From positions 51,335 through 115,334 of the forward strand of contig NIVC01000033.1 of NCBI GenBank assembly GCA_002269645.1: 64,000 bases of DNA, read 5' to 3'. Below the pieces are notes generated by a model, which saw only the letters and a list, made by a program, of their open reading frames with translations, made no database searches and had not been told where the DNA came from. This stretch comes from Macrostomum lignano (lineage: Eukaryota). Positions 13,420-34,043 of this stretch are shown piece after piece. Within the stretch, counting starts at the first letter, position 1; every line of letters starts with the position of its first letter. The position numbers and the translations under genes were made by a program.

Positions 13420-13810
13420 GGCACGCAACGCTTGTACAAAGTCATCAAAGACACTTAAGAGAGACAAGTGGGTTAGAAATGTTTTCACTGATCAACGCCA
13501 GATTCCAACGACGGTGAGTGAACTGAATCATGAACAGCTACGGGACCTTTTGCCGCGGCTTCTTCCACGAAGTCCGCAAACAAAGTGGAGAAGGCTATCC
13601 GACTGGATCGATTGTCTCCATCGCCGCTGGACTACAGCATATGGCTAGTATTATACGATCAGTAGACAACCACCCATGGACATCTTTCGCCGACTTAAAA
13701 GCAATCACGGACTGAAAGATGCTGCAGTGGGGATTACTACCAAACAAGACGACGGCTTGAAGCGCAGGAGTGATTTCCATCGAAAAAGACTCTCAAATCT
13801 GGAATAAACA
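13420..13810 (+). pseudogene. Frameshifted Crypton (tyrosine-recombinase transposon)/DUF3504-like relic
   Basis: Across frames: KTLKRDKWVRNVFTD...LRDLLPR / FFHEVRKQSGEGYPTGSIVSIAAGLQH / AVGITTKQ / AGVISIEKDSQIW. This resembles the N-lobe of Crypton-A/ZMYM/KCTD1-type recombinases (pattern recognition only). Confidence 0.65.
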
Positions 13811-15597
13811 GCGCGCGGCCGCTAAATAAAAGCCAGAAAATCAAATTGCAAAAACTAAAGCTTGGAACTTGAATAAATGCTTCTTATTGCGGGCATTATG
13901 TGAGCTTCGGCATGCTATATATTTGGCAAAAGTGACTTTAATTTGGCAAACCCATAAACATATTTCCTTCCCGTAATATTTCTATGGCCAACTGTGGCAG
14001 AATCAGTTAAAGTGCGCATTCAACTTTGGCAAAAGTGACTCTAATATTAGCGACACAGGCGAACACTGCAGGGTGGAGAACGGCAGGAGCGCAGTTTCTA
14101 AGAAGGAAGAGACTGGAGACGGCTGGCAAATGTCCTCGACATAAAAAAGATCCAACCAGTTCCAGTTCCATCACCGCCGAAAATGTCAGCAGTGGCACGG
14201 ATCATGTGCTGAGTTGTGGATCCCCCTGCCTGACCTACAGTGACATTGATCACTAATGGTCTTTCAGTAACTACAACTGTGACATTAGGATAACTGAAGC
14301 AGTGACAGTGACTGACTTTGAGTCCGTCTCCAGACCCGTCAAAGTTTTTCATTTCTGACGCGCTGCTCGACTTGTACGATGAGCAGCACGTAGGAGCGCA
14401 ACAGCAGCATCGGAAGATTCAATTGCATCCAGCAGTCAATTACCCGGTGATGCTTAAGAAACTGCTCACAAACGAATCTGGTGGCTTTCGGCGCCAAGAC
14501 TGCATCTGTCTCGAATTCATCTTGACTTGGATCTTGACCGTAACACGACCTCACACTCCCAGTCGCTTCACTTGAACTCCAACTCCAACTATCAGGATGA
14601 TATATTTGAATCACGATAAAACATCTATTTGGATAACAAGCAAGGTAGTTATTATAAGCCGGGTGAACATCAGTTAAAAAACTTGAACAATAGAAATTCC
14701 ATGCCACAACAAAAGGCTTGAAATATCAGCCAAGAGAGCTCAGTGACTACAATAGACAGGAAAAATCACTCGTCTGATTCAGGCAAGATTCGAGGGCCAT
14801 TCGCTAGGAAGCGAGATTGGTGCTGTGTTTTTATTTCAATTTTATTTCAGTTCGTGAAAAGCAGTGTGTTGCAATGAAATGCGTCACAGATTATAATATT
14901 GAATCAACGGCATGATGGCAATGCAATTTCACGATTATTCATATCTAAGTACGAGCGGCTCATGCAGAAAGACCACAAGTAGTATGAGATGGAGCAATGC
15001 TTCCAACCAACAGTCAATCTTGCAAACAAATCGTTTCACTTTAAGCTATAATCCAAAAACCTGAATGCAAAATATTCTATTAAACTCCACAAGTCTATTC
15101 CAAAAATCGTGCTATGAATTGTCAACTTAAGCGCCTGAATGGAGCCTGCAGTACCCTGGGAGCCTGGTAGGGGACCTGGGGGTCTTTCTCGAAACTGCCG
15201 TAAGTTCTATAGTAATTTCAATCGTACGCTAAAACTTCGCGCTCTGCGTAAGATCAGTCTTAAGTCGGTTAATTCTCAAAACCGACTCTAAATAACAATT
15301 GTCTATGGACGAAAGAGTGGAAAACGTGACGCTTTTCTAGCTTTTTTACGGAGAGAAATAGGCGGTCAGTCTTAAAGATGACCATAGAAATACGAATCAT
15401 TCCATTAACAGCCTTTTGCGTAAAGTGGCGATCGAACTTGCAAGCTGTAAGTGCGGCTTCTCCATCTTAAGTCTATAGTCCAATCCCCAATGAATAAGGA
15501 TCCCCCTGAATGGGACATTCGGTGTATTTCGTAGCTTTACGTATTTCCGGCTCCATTCCGGTTACTACTGTGGTCCTTGCACACTGCTCGGTGCTGG

Positions 15598-15812
15598 CTA
15601 GGGCTGTTCACTGTTTCGTGGTGTCTCGCCGCTACGCGAGTTCAGCGAGTTCTCGATGGACAAAACCCGGGGGCTCAGGCCCAGCCTAGGCAGCAGCCTC
15701 GGCATGCGGATCGACCCGCTGCCGTGCGACTGGCTCAGCTGATTGGGTTCGAGCAGCTGGCGAGGATCCGGCTGCAGGATGGCGGATCTCAGCTGGTGCT
15801 GCTTCTCCTGCG

Positions 15813-15897
<85 letters not shown>

Positions 15898-16168
15898 AAA
15901 CAGTTCATCTGTACAGGAGTTCTGTCTGCGGATGCTGTGCTTCACTCTGTTAGACTGATTCTGCTGGTGATTTCCGGGTCGCTGCTCGCCCGGCGCTGCC
16001 GAGGTGATGGTGGTGACCATCGGCAGCTTCTGCTGCTGGCCGACGCCGCTGCTGTTTCTGGACGAAGCCCAGTCGGCCAGGGCCAGGGCGTCCCAGGATC
16101 GAGTCAGCCGGCGTGACTCCGACTCGGATGCGGCACTCATCGCTGGCGCTGCTGTCCCAGTCTGAGCA
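15598..16168 (-). CDS. Putative terminal exon with a 27-Gln tract, phase-compatible with the desulfurase-like gene
   Basis: Acceptor ttgttgggccgcag at 16169-16170, then a GC-rich open frame to the stop at 15598. (CAG)27 at 15817-15897. Confidence 0.5.
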
Positions 16169-16662
16169 CTGCGGCCCAACAATTGATAAGTGAGGGTCGG
16201 GTCCGGTACGCGGAATGAGTTGGTAATAAAGAGGCCAGCTTTTCTCTTTGTCACCTCCCTCCTCTCACCTTCTCTTTGCTTCCTCTGACTCTGCCTGTTT
16301 CACTGTTACATAGAAATGCCAATTGCATTTGGTGAGACCATGTGTAAGGAGCTGGTACCCCCTGCTGTTGTTTCATCTCTCCCCAATTGTGCGCTCCCGC
16401 CCCGGCAACTCAGCTATGTCTACCCTTCTCCCACTCGTCCCCGCATGCCCCGGCCAGTCTCTGCTCCAGCATCTCCCTCGCTTCCTGGCGGCACGGGACG
16501 GCGGGTTTTTGCCACTGCGACCGACCGGCGGGCGCACTCCACCCTGAAAGCCGGCTCGCCGCGTGCATGGGCCTGAAAAGTCAAGCCCTGTCTCTCCCCA
16601 CTTCCAATGCCCTTCACCTGTATCCCACCTGTGCGCCACAAAGCCGGTCTGGCTGACTCTGG

Positions 16663-16919
<257 letters not shown>

Positions 16920-17212
16920 GCTTCTAATCCAAATCAATTGGACAAACTTGGAGCAACAGTTTAACTTTATTCTAGCAGTTGCCCAGCCTCAAAAATAAAA
17001 AATAAGATTCGTTCCATTTAGTGTTGGCTGCAGTTCTACTATGAAGTACTACTATTAGCCTCGACAACAAAAAAAGTAGTATATTTCGGATAATTAGTTA
17101 TGAATTTTAACAAATTGCTAAAGTATACTGCACACGTTGCGCTGGCTACAAGTAAGCATAGAGCAATACAGGTTACTGAAGTAATATTTAGCCTGCTCAA
17201 GTGATTCACTGA

Positions 17213-25429
<8,217 letters not shown>

Positions 25430-25914
25430 CTGAAAACTGGGCGCTCGGCAGCGGCAGCGGCAGCGGCAGCGGCAGGGCCGGCTGGCTGTCTGCATTTGCC
25501 GACCTGGGAGACCGGGGGTAGGGGGGGGGGGGGGCAGGTTGCCAGCCAGGAAGCCGGGCCGGCAGGTCTCAGCCTCAAGTAGGCGCGCCTCGGCATCTGG
25601 GCGGAGCCGGCGCGACCTGCGGCTCAGGCTGAAGCAGCTCAAGCGGAAAGCCGCAAGTTGGCATTCGCTGCAGCACAATGTGAGCAGATCTGAGCAGAGG
25701 CAGTGAGCTGGACTGCCGCTGGAGCTTTGGATCTCCGGCTGGATTATTCGAATACCAAACTACGGAAATAAGTGTTTCGAATGCTCCTCACTGACTGATT
25801 CACTGTCTGAACGCTTGAAATTTAAGTAACCTTTTGGAGTAGCAATTCAATCTACCCCACATTTCAGTCAATGGCTGACTAGATTAGCAATCCATTCTTT
25901 AATCCCTGTGATCA

Positions 25915-26190
25915 GCTAGATTAGCAATCCACTCTATTCTTATCATCTCCGTTATTGAATAGATTAGCAATCCACTCTATTCTTATCATCTCCGATATTG
26001 GATAGATTAGCAATCCACTCTATTCTTATCATCTCCGTTATTGGATAGATTAGCAATCCACTCTATTCTTATCATCTCCGTTATTGGATAGATTAGCAAT
26101 CCACTCTATTCTTATCATCTCCGATATTGGATAGATTAGCAATACATTCTATTCTTATCATCTCCGTTATTGGCTAGATTAGCAATCCAC
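25915..26190. repeat. 43-bp minisatellite related to the 40-bp array downstream
   Basis: atagattagcaatccactctattcttatcatctccgttattgg units. Confidence 0.93.
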
Positions 26191-26696
26191 TTACGTTTAA
26201 GTCAATTACTTGATAGTTGAATAACTTTTTTATTTAAAGAAAAAATGCTTGGATCACACAATACTATGGCTTATAGTTTTACGGCGTACTAACAGTAGTA
26301 GACCAAGATCTTGACTCACGCTTCAGCAAGCAATAATTGCATGCATAGTTATCCAAAAATGCACAGACTGAGCAACCCAGCTGAGAGCGGCTGCACTTGT
26401 CCTGGCAGGCTGTTTTACAACCAGCTGCCTGCTCAAGCGGGAATCGGGGACAGACGGAGAAAAGGGGGTGTCGGGCTGCAACTGAGGCGTTTGCTCAGTC
26501 GGAGAACTGATCTGCTCGGGGCGTGCCGGGACTCGGGAGAGCTGGGCCGGGGCGGCAGAAGTCATGCGCTCGGAGTACAAACAGAAATTGCCCCCCCCTC
26601 CCTCCTCCAACTCAACCGCTCGCCGACTCCGATAGCAGTGATCCTCTGCATGTCGGATTCAGCCCAAACTGAGACGCCGATAGAGAGAGAGGAGAG

Positions 26697-26734
<38 letters not shown>

Positions 26735-26930
26735 TCGGTGTTTTTAAGTTCTCAATTGCAATCGATAATTATTGTCGAATTTGAAACGCTGCCCTGCTGG
26801 TAGCCCCGGAGCAGATTTGCCATTTTTGGGGCCGCTTCAAACTGCTGGATTCCCAGGCACGAGCGGCGTATGAGACTGGATTGATAGGGAAGGCTAGCAA
26901 TGCAGTTCATTCCTTCATCTACATTACTGA

Positions 26931-28149
26931 TTAGCTAGATTAGCTATCCATTCTATTCCTATCACCGTGATTGGCTAGATTAGCAACCCATTCTATTCCT
27001 GTCACCGTAATTAGCTAGATTAGCAATCGATTCGATTCTCATCACCGTGATTGGCTAGATTAGCAATCGATTCGATTCCTATCACCGTGATTGGCTAGAT
27101 TAGCAATCCATTCTATTCCTATCATCGTGATTGGCTAGATTAGCAATCCATTCTATTCCTATCATCGTGATTGGATAGATTAGCAATCCATTCGATTCCT
27201 ATCATCATGATTGGCTAGATTAGCAATCCATTCTATTCCTATCACCGTGATTGGCTAGATTAGCAATCCATTCTATTCCTATCACCGTGCTTGGCTAGAT
27301 TAGCAATCCATTCGATTCCTATCATCATGATTGGCTAGATTAGCAATCCATTCGATTCCTATCACCGTGATTGGCTAGATTAGCAATCCATTCGATTCCT
27401 ATCACCGTGATTGGCTAGATTAGCAATCCATTCGATTCCTATCACCGTGATTGGCTAGATTAGCAATCCATTCGATTCCTATCACCGTGATTGGCTAGAT
27501 TAGCAACCCATTCTATCCTTATCTCCGTGCTTGGCTAGATAAGAAATCCATCCGATTCCTATCACCGTGCTTGGCTAGATAAGAAATCCATTCGATTCCT
27601 ATCATCGTGATTGGCTAGATTAGCAACCCATTCTATCCTTATCTCCGTGCTTGGCTAGATAAGAAATCCATTCGATTCCTATCACCGTCCTTGGCTAGAT
27701 AAGAAATCCATTCGATTCCTATCACCGTGATTGGCTAGATTAGCAATCGATTCGATTCTCATCACCGTGATTGGCTAAATTAGCAATCGATTCGATTCCT
27801 ATCACCGTGCTTGGCTAGATAAGAAATCCATTCGATTCCTATCATCGTGATTGGCTAGATTAGCAACCCATTCTATCCTTATCTCCGTGCTTGGCTAGAT
27901 AAGAAATCCATTCGATTCCTATCACCGTGCTTGGCTAGATAAGAAATCCATTCGATTCCTATCACCGTGCTTGGCTAGATAAGAAATCCATTCGATTCCT
28001 ATCACCGTGATTGGCTAGATAAGAAATACATTCGATTCCTATCACCGTGCTTGGCTAGATAAGAAATCCATTCGATTCCTATCACCGTGATTGGCTAGAT
28101 TAGCAATCGATTCGATTCCTATCATCGTGATTGGCTAGATTAGCAATCC
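26931..28149. repeat. 40-bp minisatellite
   Basis: ttggctagattagcaatccattcgattcctatcaccgtga, about 30 copies. Confidence 0.96.
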
Positions 28150-29131
28150 AATTTTTTCACTCATGGATGCCCCTATCAGCTTGGAAGCTGCAGCAGTCAT
28201 TAAACAACAAGAAAAAACGATGGAAGGCTCCAGCAGTGATTGTCTATCACCAATACAAAACTGGTCAATATCAAATAGGATTATCGCAGCACTCTGTACT
28301 GAGGGTTTGTCGTGGCTTATATTTGAATAGCGCAGAGCTAAAAAGCAGGAAAGATACTTAGTCAGTTGATATGAACTAAATTTTGTCAATGAGTAATCTT
28401 TAACGGAGGGTGCAAATAAATACATTAGTAGTTACTCAGGTGAAAGCAATATTGCGAAAGCAGCAATAGAAATGTGCTTCGAAAAAGGTGCCAAAATAAC
28501 AGTGAAAACACAAATCTGCTGAAATTGCTAAATACAACGAAAAAAAAATAGAAAACCTGCTAGACGAATTTTTTAATAACCTATGAATCTGAGCCCTCCA
28601 TCGAGAAAATACTCATTTTTACAGCCAGCTCAAAAACTGCTCAAAAAATTGGAACAAAATATTGCAAAATAACAATAAAAGATTACAGTGGAATATGGCA
28701 ACAGGTAAAAGGATATTTATAGGCCAGGTAGGCTGGGGTCAAAGACACCTGCAAAATTGCTAGCAAGAATGTGGGTTGAGGAACCAAATATTATAAGCTT
28801 AATAAATAAGATTGCTGCTTTTAGCAAAAGCGGAAAGAAAAAGGGAACAAAACACGTAGATTTGAGGAGTGATTGCTTTATTGAGAAGCTCTCTGTTTTG
28901 GAAAGTGCAGAAGTTATATTTAGGCTTTTCATGGCTTCCCAAGTCAGAAAAAGTGTCTTTCTGCTACTGAATTGAATTAATAAAAGAATATCAGAAACTT
29001 CTGGACACTGCCGCGTTCTCAGGCTAAGCTTCATCTCAGAAACACCCCTGCACCCTTAGACAGAGTTTTCTTCAAATCATAATAAACTTAAACCTTTAGG
29101 CTGCAGACCACCTCAGCTGGCGGCATTTCAC

Positions 29132-30472
29132 CCGGTCCTAAGAGTGCCGCTCCCCGCCCCATCAGTCAGCAGCCCCATGGTGTAGCCTGGCCGGGGCGAG
29201 GCCGCGCTGGACAGCAAGCGGCGATCGTCGGCTGGCGACCCGATTGGCGCCTCCGGCTCCGGCCACGGCTGCTGGCGCGGCTGACTGTGCAGCGACGAGT
29301 CTGCGATGCAAAAAAGTGTTGGTGACTGAGCATCTGGGAGGCTGGCCCGGCAACTTCAGGAGGATCTGGGAGGCTGGCCCGGCAACTTCAGGAGGATCTG
29401 GGAGGCTGGCCCGGCAACTTCAGGAGGATCTGGGAGGCTGGCCCGGCAACTTCAGGAGGATCTGGGAGGCTGGCCCGGCAACTTCAGGAGGATCTGGGAG
29501 GCTGGCCCGGCAACTTCAGGAGGATCTGGGAGGCTGGCCCGGCAACTAAGGATCTGGGAGGCTAGCCCGGCAACTGAGGATCTGGGAGGCTAGCCCGGCA
29601 ACTGAGGATCTGGGAGGCTGGCCCGGCAACTAAGGATCTGGGAGGCTAGCCCGGCAACTGAGGATCTGGGAGGCTGGCCCGGCAACTAAGGATCTGGGAG
29701 GCTGGCCCGGCAACTAAGGATCTGGAAGGCTGGCCCAGCAACTGAGGATCTGGAAGGCTGGCCCGGCAACTGAGGATCTGGAAGGCTGGCCCGGCAACTG
29801 AGGATCTGGAAGGCTGGCCCGGCAACTGAGGATCTGGGAGGCTGGCCCGGCAACTGAGGATCTGGGAGGCTGGCCCAGCAACTGAGGATCTGGGAGGCTG
29901 GCCCAGCAACTGAGGAATCGGGACGGCGGCGTCACAGCCTGTGACTCACCACAGACGGCGAGAAGCGCATCGACAAGCCGCCGGAGCTGCGAGCGTCGCC
30001 GTCCCTCTGGCCGCTGTCAGTGAGCAGCAGAGCGGAGCCGAGGCCTCCGAGCTCCAGCCGGCCAGTCGCCAGCTGCCGAGTTGCCAGCTGGGAAGAAGCT
30101 GCGCGACCATCGCCAGGATTCGCCGCCGCCGCATCGTCGGGGCTTCGTTGGCGGTCGCGGCAGCGGCGGCGCCGCTCGGGCAGCAGAGCTGGCAGCGGCG
30201 GGCAGGGCCAGTCGTCCCTCTCGATAGGCGCCGGCCGGCTGAGGTCGGGGCGCGAGGCGCCGGGAAACTGGCTGAGCAGCACCGGGTCGGCCTCGTCCTC
30301 GTCGGCGCTGGCCGAGGGTGAGCGACGCCGGCGTTGGCCGCCGACGCTGCCGGGCCGGGAGGTGGCGATGCTGCGGGAGCGGCGGGACACAGAGGCCAGC
30401 GAGCCGGGGGTCGACGGTGCCGTGGTTATCGACATGGTCGACCGCGACGGCGGAGGCTGCGGCACGTGGAAA

Positions 30473-30510
<38 letters not shown>

Positions 30511-32108
30511 CTGCAGCTGCCGACGGGGACTCAGCGAGCGCACGGAGCCGCAGGGCGACAGGCCGCGGCGGTACCTGTCGCTAGGAGGCAGCCGGGCCTC
30601 CATCTCCGACTGGATACTCAGGTAGGAGCGCGCCCGGCGCTGCGGCCCCGAGCCCAGGCGCGGTGGGGTCGGCGCCAGGCCGCCATTTTTCCTTCCCCCC
30701 GCGCCGCCGATGCTTTCCATGGCGTTGCCAAGGACGCCGCTAGTCTTGGCGCCACTATTGCTAAGGCCGTCGACGGACCCGAGCAGGTTACGTCGAGTTG
30801 ACCCGTCGAAATCGTCGTTGCTATGGCGACGGCTGCTGCCGGACGCTGTCGTCGGAGGCGGTTCGGACGCGGCAACGGCGGCCGCAGTGGGGGCGATGAC
30901 GCCGCCATTGCTAAGGTCGTCGCCAGTGGCAACGGAGAGCGGCTGGCGCAGGGAGGTTTCGCCCTGGGCGCAGGGCCGGCAGAGGAAGACATCCCGCTCG
31001 GGACACAGCACCACGCGGTCGCCGGGGCTGAGGGAATCGCAAGGCGAAACAAATCCAAGTAGTTAAGCGCCTTGAGCTCGAGCTGTAATACTTCTCAACT
31101 AATATCTTTCCGGAACTAATCCCTCATCTAATTTGAGCTAATCCTATCCTGAGCTAATCCTAACTTGAGCTAATCCTTTTCTGAGCTAATCCTAACTTGA
31201 GCTAATCCTTTTCTGAGCTAATCCTTTTCTGAGCTAATCCTAACTTGAGCTAATCCTTTTTGAGCTAATCCTTACCTGAGCTAATCCTTACCTGAGCTAA
31301 TCCTTACCTGAGCTAATCCTTACCTGAGCTTTTATGAGCTAATCTAACCCTGAGCAAATTAGATCCTGAGATGAAACATTAAAGAGCCACCATGTCAAAC
31401 ATATACGTGACTCCGTGTCAAACATTAAAAAGACACCATGTCAAACATTAAAAAGCCACCATTTCAAATATAAAAGAGACACCTATTTGGGGATCGATGC
31501 TTGAGTGCTGTCTTGGGATGTCTTGCTTTTAGAGGGAATGTCTGTTGTTTTTTATGAAGGCTTTATTTCGCTGTCTATTTGTTATTTGTAAAGAACAAGG
31601 ATTCTATCCAGATGTCCCCCATTGGGGGGCGAAGATTGCTAGCCACACTCCTAATCCTAACAATTCTTAATCCAATCCCATCATAAGCTAGTCATTGTGT
31701 TAGCTAAAACAAACTCATTTCAAGCTAGCACTCAGAATTCCAAATGCTGCTATGATTGTGAAGCCTAACAACCCCAGAGTCCCGGGCCACCGCACCCCAG
31801 TGAGCGCCCCTCACCTGAACGCAGTCTGGCAGCTGTGGCAGCGAAAGCAGGCCGGGTGAAAAGTGGCGCCCATGGCGGTGGCCACCTCGCCGGCGGCGGA
31901 GCCACCGCAGCCGCGGCAGCGGACGCCGTGCAGCCGGGCGAAATCGTCCGGACAGAACAGGCGGCCATCGCGAAGGAAGAAGCCGCCCCGCTCCAGGCTG
32001 CGTTGGCACTGGCTGCAGGTGAAGCAGCCGCGGTGCACATACTGGTCCTGCACTCTCAGCACCTCGCCCTTGCACCGCTTGCTGCAGACAAGGCACAGCA
32101 CCTTCATG
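29132..32108 (-). CDS. ablim: abLIM/UNC-115-like actin-binding LIM protein (internal exons)
   Basis: Exon 32108-31815 carries LIM1 and most of LIM2 (CLVCSKRCKGEVLRVQDQYVHRGCFTC...). Exon 31027-29950 ends LIM2 (PGDRVVLC...CRPC) and has the abLIM anchor motif QFPGASRPD...IERDDWPCPP. Exon 29300-29132 is probable, but its phase to the previous exon is unresolved. First and last exons were not located. Confidence 0.85.
29332..29915. repeat. 32-bp to 28-bp minisatellite (abLIM intron)
   Basis: aggatctgggaggctggcccggcaacttcagg units switch to the shorter ...caactg units at about 29550. Confidence 0.95.
31115..31350. repeat. Short degenerate tandem repeat (tgagctaatcct..)
   Basis: Direct reading. 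Confidence 0.85.
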
Positions 32109-32650
32109 CTTGGGGAATGCAGTGGAGTTCTGGTTCTGGACGCGCTCTGCTATGGCCTGAGTAGCCCAAGTCGCTTTGCTCTGAAAAGTTAAATTACATT
32201 ACATGCATTCTCTTTGGAATTTTGTTTTCATTTAAATTTCTTATGATATTTCAATAGAGGGATAAAATGTTGAACTAAAATATTCTTGCTGATAAATTGA
32301 AAATGATGGGAGGCACAAATATAATGTAAACATAGGTTTATTAATTAAATACTATGTATATAGAAGGCTTAATCAAGCTGTACAATATGCTCAATTAGGC
32401 ATTGGTTATAAGATTTTTAAAAATATATTTTACTCTAAATTAAATTGAATATAAATTCTAGATACTTTCTTAAAATAACACTATAGTATAAAGATGACTC
32501 AGATGCAACCTTTGCAAATTAGTATATGTAATATAATTTGTAAACATACTTATTAAATAGCGAGGTAAACGTGATGTAATAATAATAGTGCCTCTTATCT
32601 ACAACATTGACATGAATTTGCTTTAATTTAATATGCATAACTTGTGTAGT

Positions 32651-32945
32651 ATGCTAGCCGTCAACTCAGAATTTTTTAGCTGATTTGTTAATGACCGGAC
32701 TGGCTTGAAACTGATATGCACTTTACCCAACCAATACTGTATCAAAAATTGATTACTATGTACAAGTTTTAAACCATCAATTAAAAACTCAATTCAACTA
32801 CTCTTGTTACTCTCAACTATCTATATATACTGAATATTCGTTCAAATTGTTTCTCAATAAAAAGACCCTGACGATGTCCTAATGCAAATGGACGAAATGC
32901 ATCGGCAACTCAAATAATACTTCATGTTGATATTTACCTTTATTT
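32651..32945 (+). mobile_element. TSD-flanked ~295-bp insertion, probably a Penelope-like/retrozyme 3' fragment
   Basis: 14-bp direct repeat ataacttgtgtagt at 32637-32650 and 32946-32959. The insertion contains a hammerhead core near its 3' end. Confidence 0.6.
32864..32908 (+). ncRNA. Minimal type-I hammerhead ribozyme motif
   Basis: cc-CTGACGA-t-GTCC-taatgcaaat-GGAC-GAAA-TGCA-TC-gg: core boxes, a 4-bp stem II, palindromic ATGCAT stem III and an AUC cleavage triplet. Stem I is weak (2-3 bp). Confidence 0.6.
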
Positions 32946-34043
32946 ATAACTTGTGTAGTGTATACTTTAGTTTTGTAGGGCCAATATAGCCAAAAATTCT
33001 TAAGGACTTTAATTGAAAAAATAGTCAGCAACACATTGTACATTGTAAATTACGGAAAAGGTTTTTTTCAAAATTTAACCTTTCTATAATAAAAATAGAA
33101 AGCTTTAAATTTCATTATTTAGATTATAGGTACAATATTTATAATAACCATGCTCGAGTTTAAACTTTATACTACAGAAATCGAGTCGTTGGCTCCTAAA
33201 AGGTCAAGCTAAAAATCAGAACAATGACAGATCAGGGATTTCGTAATGACCTATTATCATTCTGATCTGGTAGACCTTACACCCTTTCCTATTGCTTATT
33301 CAACTCGTAATTAGGCCTAAATATGCGATATTACGGTGAGTGTACAGTGTTTCCAAACCAACACAAAATAATATTTTAGTCGCGAATGGCTACTAAATTT
33401 TAAATAGATAATAAAAAAGTACACAAATTTAACGTGAACCGAAAACATAGGCTTAAACATTTGCAAACTGTGGGAACCGTCTGTAACTGTAACAAGGAAA
33501 TGTTTCTTTTAAAATAAAACTTAAAATACAAGCCACGATAACTTAGGTAGCATAACAACTTTTAAAAACATCTAGATTTATTTGCATTGCAAACAGACAC
33601 CATGTCTAAAATATATAACGTATCAAGTGGGAGTATAAAAAAGCTGTGTACTAAGATTTTTTAATAGTTTTAACTCAGAAATCGGTAGTTGGTTATGTAT
33701 TTTCTACTTATACGAATAAAAAACCATAGAACAAGTTTTACCTTTAAAAGATATATTAAAATTACTACATCCCATCAGATAAACTACAAATAATTTATTC
33801 ATTAAAAATTTATCTTTTGTTCAGTACAGAATTTTTAAGAACAGCTGCAGGAAGATAATGACGACAAGATCAAGACCATATAATATACATGTACGTGTAA
33901 GTGTAGTAACCCTTCATGCTGGTACAACTTGACTTACTTGACTTAGCTGCAGGGGGCGTCCGGCGGATGCAGCGAGGAGGCGGAGGAGACCGCCCATTCC
34001 GCTAGCCCCTGGCGACCAACGACTTCCGTTGAAGTGGTGTCGC

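Noticed and set aside
28150-29040. AT-rich decayed coding-like stretch (KKKRWKAPAVIV) reminiscent of an integrase C-terminus
   Set aside because: Many stops and no second diagnostic motif; it cannot be assigned without a search.
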